From an uncultured Nitrospira sp. (GTDB taxonomy: Bacteria > Nitrospirota > Nitrospiria > Nitrospirales > Nitrospiraceae), in the NCBI GenBank assembly GCA_964547625.1, contig CAZJOQ010000002.1:1-50124 (forward strand): a stretch of 50,124 bases of DNA. Reading direction: 5' to 3'. Within the stretch, counting starts at the first letter, position 1. Each line of letters begins with the position of its first letter. Shown here piece after piece: positions 46,452-50,124 of this stretch. Position numbers and translations under genes: made by a program. A model generated the notes under the pieces. It had not been told where the DNA came from. It did no database searches and saw nothing but the letters and a program-made list of their open reading frames with translations.

Positions 46452-47639
46452 TCACGTCTTATTTTTTACTGGATCCAATGGTTGTGTCCGCACCGGTGTG
46501 CCTTCGTGTACCAAGTCTTTACCGGAGACAATGACCTCTTCATTCCCTCTCAGGCCCTTGGTGATTTCTATGTAGCTCCCTTGTTGGGCGCCGATCTCAA
46601 TATCTACTCTCCGGGCTTTTCCTTCTTCAACAACATACACATATTGCGCCTCTTCAAGGCGGCTGACCGCATCGATGGGAATCTGTAAGGCCTGAGGATG
46701 TGTGTCTACCAGCACTTCGACTCGGGCGAACATTCCACCCTTCAACCGACGATCTTTGTTCGGTATGTCAATTTCAACAGTCATGGTGCGGGTTGCACGA
46801 TTCAGGGCTTGAACGATGCGTGTTACCGTCCCCTTGAATGTCAGGTCGGGGTATGCTTCAGCGCGAAGCTCTGCCTGTTGTCCGATCCTCACGCGTGAAA
46901 TATCTCGCTCGACGACCTCAATCAGAACACGGACCGTATCGATGTCGTGTAAGCTCATCATGCCTCGCGACATAGTCGACGTACTGGCTGTGGCGCTGCT
47001 GACGTAAGCTCCGGTATCGAGGTTACGCTCCGCCACATAGCCGGCAAACGGAGCTCGGATATAGGAGTAGGACAGGTTGGTTTCCGCTTGCGCCAGGGCG
47101 ACAACCATTTGATTTACCTGGGCCTGTAAAGATTCTTGTGCCGCTCTGGCGGCATCAAAGTTGACCTCCGCCGTGTCGAGATCCTGCTGCGAAACAAATC
47201 GGTCTTTGATGAGAGTTTGCATGCGGCCGAATGTGAGCTTGGCATTACGAACCACTGCATCCTGCTGCGAGACTCTTGCTTTCGCGGCAGACAGGTTGGC
47301 CTTCGCTTGATTAACGGCATGCTGATAGTCCGTATGATCTATTTCAACAAGTAACTGATTCGCTCGGACAAAATCACCTTTATCCACATGCAATTTGGCA
47401 ATATAACCGTCGACTCGTGAGAAGATATTGACAACTTGATTGGGAGAGATATCCGCAGTGTAGCTCAATCGAACACCGAGATCCTGTCTGATCGGGGACA
47501 CAATGCCTACGGTGACAAGACGTGGCTTAGGCGTATCGGTTTTAGCGCCTGTGCTCAAGCGAAAGACGAGAAGGGCGGTAAGCACAAACACAACAGCAAT
47601 CCCAAGGGCTATGAATGGATGGCGAGATAATTGGCTCAT
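46452..47639 (-). CDS. RND efflux periplasmic adaptor (MFP) subunit
   Basis: N-terminal TM; lipoyl motifs SRVDGYI..LHVDKGDFV and IRAPFAGYV; LKGGMFA. Confidence 0.93.
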   Translation of the reverse strand: MSQLSRHPFIALGIAVVFVLTALLVFRLSTGAKTDTPKPRLVTVGIVSPIRQDLGVRLSYTADISPNQVVNIFSRVDGYIAKLHVDKGDFVRANQLLVEIDHTDYQHAVNQAKANLSAAKARVSQQDAVVRNAKLTFGRMQTLIKDRFVSQQDLDTAEVNFDAARAAQESLQAQVNQMVVALAQAETNLSYSYIRAPFAGYVAERNLDTGAYVSSATASTSTMSRGMMSLHDIDTVRVLIEVVERDISRVRIGQQAELRAEAYPDLTFKGTVTRIVQALNRATRTMTVEIDIPNKDRRLKGGMFARVEVLVDTHPQALQIPIDAVSRLEEAQYVYVVEEGKARRVDIEIGAQQGSYIEITKGLRGNEEVIVSGKDLVHEGTPVRTQPLDPVKNKT

Positions 47640-47661
47640 ATGGGTGTTTGCCGTCTACGAA

Positions 47662-48297
47662 TCAGGTAACTGTCACGAGCCCGCCAAGGAACAGCGAGAC
47701 ATATTCTGCGACCGTATCCTCGTGAGTGAGGTGCATGGGTAAGCCGTAGACATCGTGGAGCAGTCGATGGTGAACGATGATCCCAAAAAATGCTCTGGCT
47801 GCAAGTAAGGGATCGACCATTCGGAAAGCACCATCTTCGATGCGTCGGCGAATATAGCTCGCAAGAAGGTCGTGGAATGCTTGATACTGCTGCTGAAAGA
47901 ACATGTCGGACATCTCATGCCCCTCCAAGGCACTGAAAAGGAGCAGGCGGAACAAGGTTGGGTCGGCTCCCTTTCTGATTCGATAGCTTGCGAGCAAGGT
48001 GAAGAGCCGCCCATCATCCTGCTTCTTTGCGGCATCCTCGACCGCCTCTCGAAGCCCTGAGTATTGGGCTTTTTCCTCGAGAATCGCGGTGTATAGTGCC
48101 TGCTTAGTCGGAAAGTATTTGAAGAGAAGCGCTTCACTGACTCCAGCTGCCTTCGCGATCCGTTTTGTAGTCGTTCCAGTAAACCCGTTGGCTGCAAACA
48201 GCGACGCCGCAGCGTTAATCAGGCTGGCTTGCCGTTGGCTGGCCGATGTTCGCGACTTCCGTTGAGGATGAGGGGGTGGTTTCTGAATGCTGTTCAT
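47662..48297 (-). CDS. TetR/AcrR family transcriptional regulator
   Basis: AASLFAANGFTGTTTKRIAKAAGVSEALLFKYFPTK. ATG 48297 is preferred over the 48582 start. Confidence 0.92.
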   Translation of the reverse strand: MNSIQKPPPHPQRKSRTSASQRQASLINAAASLFAANGFTGTTTKRIAKAAGVSEALLFKYFPTKQALYTAILEEKAQYSGLREAVEDAAKKQDDGRLFTLLASYRIRKGADPTLFRLLLFSALEGHEMSDMFFQQQYQAFHDLLASYIRRRIEDGAFRMVDPLLAARAFFGIIVHHRLLHDVYGLPMHLTHEDTVAEYVSLFLGGLVTVT

Positions 48298-48324
48298 GGT
48301 GAGTGAGTAGTCACTCACCATGAA
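48293..48324. promoter_or_regulatory. TetR operator palindrome
   Basis: Perfect 14 bp inverted repeat TTCATGGTGAGTGA-gtag-TCACTCACCATGAA overlapping the tetR start codon. Confidence 0.82.
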
Positions 48325-48386
48325 TAGCATTTGGCTACATTGAAAGGCAAGGCAGGATCCGCATGTAGTTCTTGGTATTAACCCGA

Positions 48387-48770
48387 CTAAGCTTGTCCAG
48401 CTGACTGTGTGTGAAGAAATACCCGCATCCGGTCTCCTTCCTGCAGGCTCAGCTCTTTCAGAGCCACACCGAACAGTGGTCCAGTGCTCCATGCTACGGT
48501 TGCTTCCAGGATGAATAGAGGATCTTCCTCGTCCGGTAGATATAAAAACAGGGTGAGCTCCGCACCAACCTGCACGGGACAATTTCCCCGAATACCAACT
48601 CCGCCCTCGGACAAGTCGACGACGGTACCGTCACCGATTAGAACGTCCTCCCCACTGACGCCTGAGTACATGAGGCCAAATGAAACGTTGGTTCTTCCTA
48701 TTTTCCTGCGGGCGATTGAACCGCGGGAGTGCCGACCTTGTGAGTGTCCTACTTGTTTCATCTGTCTCAT
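48387..48770 (-). CDS. PilZ domain protein
   Basis: RKIGR and DLSEGG motifs, VAW...FGV; RBS GGAGG. Confidence 0.85.
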   Translation of the reverse strand: MRQMKQVGHSQGRHSRGSIARRKIGRTNVSFGLMYSGVSGEDVLIGDGTVVDLSEGGVGIRGNCPVQVGAELTLFLYLPDEEDPLFILEATVAWSTGPLFGVALKELSLQEGDRMRVFLHTQSAGQA

Positions 48771-49014
48771 CGTATTCCTCCACGTGATATTGCCAGCCCC
48801 AGAGGCCCCATATGAAAGAAGATTAGCGCTACGGGTCGGTTTTGCCTCCCCACAAAGGGAGGGGTACTAACTCGGCCAGAAGGGGGGCTACTGATGGCGA
48901 CATCCCCTGGTAAGAGAACCTATTCGGAACTGAGGCGGAGTGATGTAAGAATGTTCTCGTGCGCTTGGAGGCGATATACTCGCCGCGTTGTCGATAAATA
49001 GCTTGGTGGGGGAG

Positions 49015-49437
49015 CTACATAAGTCGAAATCGCGTTCGTTGATCACTCACGGTGGTGTGGGAAATGCTTTTCCAGATGAATGATTGGAGCCGCTTTCGGT
49101 ACTCCCGATTCAGGTCCATGAATCGAACGGAAAACTGGCAGCCGGATACCCACACCACATGCGCAGATTTGATGATAAGTTGTGGTAATCCGTCTGGAAG
49201 CGCAATAGTCAGGGTCAATAATGTGCCACGTGTGACCGGACGGTCGCTAATAACCTTGCATCCGGAAACCGATACGTTTTTTGTGAGGCCTTCTCCCTGG
49301 TGAGGCTGTGTTGGAACTTCGCCGACATAGCGAACTCGACATGTGACAGCGACACGTTCAGCATAGCGGTTATCCAATGGCACATAAGGCTTCTGGTTCA
49401 TCATGGTAAGTTTTACAATCATAACCTCATGGGCCAT
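49015..49437 (-). CDS. PilZ domain protein
   Basis: RYAER and NVSVSG motifs, VVW...FSVRF. Confidence 0.85.
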   Translation of the reverse strand: MAHEVMIVKLTMMNQKPYVPLDNRYAERVAVTCRVRYVGEVPTQPHQGEGLTKNVSVSGCKVISDRPVTRGTLLTLTIALPDGLPQLIIKSAHVVWVSGCQFSVRFMDLNREYRKRLQSFIWKSISHTTVSDQRTRFRLM

Positions 49438-49604
49438 TCTTTCCTAATCAATTCAGTAATGCGGCTTAGGGATGCTTGTGGACATATGAGATGGTCATGA
49501 CGACTCTCGTCTAGACAGTCTGCCAACTCATGCAAAGGGCTGAGTCTTTCAAATTGGTTCGGGGTTTGGCTACAAACGGTCAAGTAAGCTCAGGTGAAGG
49601 AAGT

Positions 49605-50124
49605 TTAGAAGGCCGTCGTGGAGGTCTCATCAGTCAGTTTTTCAGGAAGTGTCCGACTCTCGAAAAAGATGATGCCACGATCAAGCCTGTTTTCGAACCG
49701 CAGCGTCACTTCCGTGTGAAAGCCATGCCAAGCATACACTTTCACTGAGCCCACAGCGATTTGTCCTGGCGTTCGATCGAGTGGACCGTGCTTGGCTTGA
49801 AGGTAGCTCATAATTTCCTCATGACTCTCTTTGCCGTTATAACGAACAGTTACTCGGCCAAGCTTATTCTCAAACGTTGTAAACCGTAGGGAGTCGACTA
49901 CCGTCGTGCCAAGCATGGGGGGGCGACTTTTAAGCTCATATGTTTGGATGCGACCGGAATCCTCGATTTTTATGAATTGCTCCGTCTCCGACAGGATGGT
50001 TCCCCAGAGGAGGTCTTCGAATCCATTTGGATCGCTCGCGATGGGGATACCCGTAGCAGGAGTCCCAGGCACTAGCAGACAGAATAGCAATGTGATGAAC
50101 CGGGTGAGCTGATCACCTTGGTAC
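49605..50124 (-). CDS. Hypothetical secreted protein (5' probably outside the window)
   Basis: Frame stays open to the window edge; hydrophobic N-terminal segment, then DPNGFEDLLWG. Confidence 0.7.
   Translation of the reverse strand, partial: YQGDQLTRFITLLFCLLVPGTPATGIPIASDPNGFEDLLWGTILSETEQFIKIEDSGRIQTYELKSRPPMLGTTVVDSLRFTTFENKLGRVTVRYNGKESHEEIMSYLQAKHGPLDRTPGQIAVGSVKVYAWHGFHTEVTLRFENRLDRGIIFFESRTLPEKLTDETSTTAF

Noticed and set aside
48298-48582. N-terminal extension of TetR in the 306-aa ORF
   Set aside because: It overlaps the PilZ gene and the operator; the TetR domain fits a start at 48297.
48780-48900. Possible c-di-GMP riboswitch upstream of the PilZ gene
   Set aside because: Only a GGCAAAAC fragment matches. 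I could not find the GEMM P1/P2 architecture by eye; an Rfam scan would settle it.

Overview
A 50 kb bacterial chromosomal window, probably from Nitrospira or a relative (inferred from gene content, PilZ paralogues and intergenic repeats; not verified). It has five zones. (1) 1-7 kb: heavy-metal region with copAB, an MFS transporter, ynfA and a mer-like operon. The operon has a clear MerR operator, merR, a CopZ-NT[2Fe-2S]-MerT fusion and a merP-like gene, with no merA in the window. (2) 7-13 kb: DegP protease, then AraC/SDR and HxlR(pseudogene)/MDR/SDR oxidoreductase cassettes. The second cassette is bracketed by a duplicated 3' end of a hupE/ureJ gene. (3) 13-22.6 kb: a divergent locus with lipoprotein-DUF4331-TonB-TPR-HupE/UreJ on the minus strand and ECF sigma, cupin anti-sigma, nikR and a TonB-dependent receptor on the plus strand. 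Twin ECF-type promoters and a candidate NikR operator are visible. This is the best candidate for an uncharacterised nickel-acquisition or metal-sensing system. (4) 22.7-35.4 kb: mpg, a histidine kinase lacking its phospho-His, decayed toxin-antitoxin and PEP-CTERM remnants, a sigma-54-driven small protein, a reprolysin-like protease followed by a stand-alone copy of its prodomain, isoprenoid/hopanoid genes and an HNH nuclease. (5) 35.4-50 kb: hypothetical genes including a PHD-finger-like C4HC3 protein, three PilZ proteins, a speD-like gene, SCP2 and a TetR-RND efflux operon with a perfect operator. I found no rRNA, tRNA, CRISPR array or transposase. All calls come from reading motifs by eye; no database searches were run.
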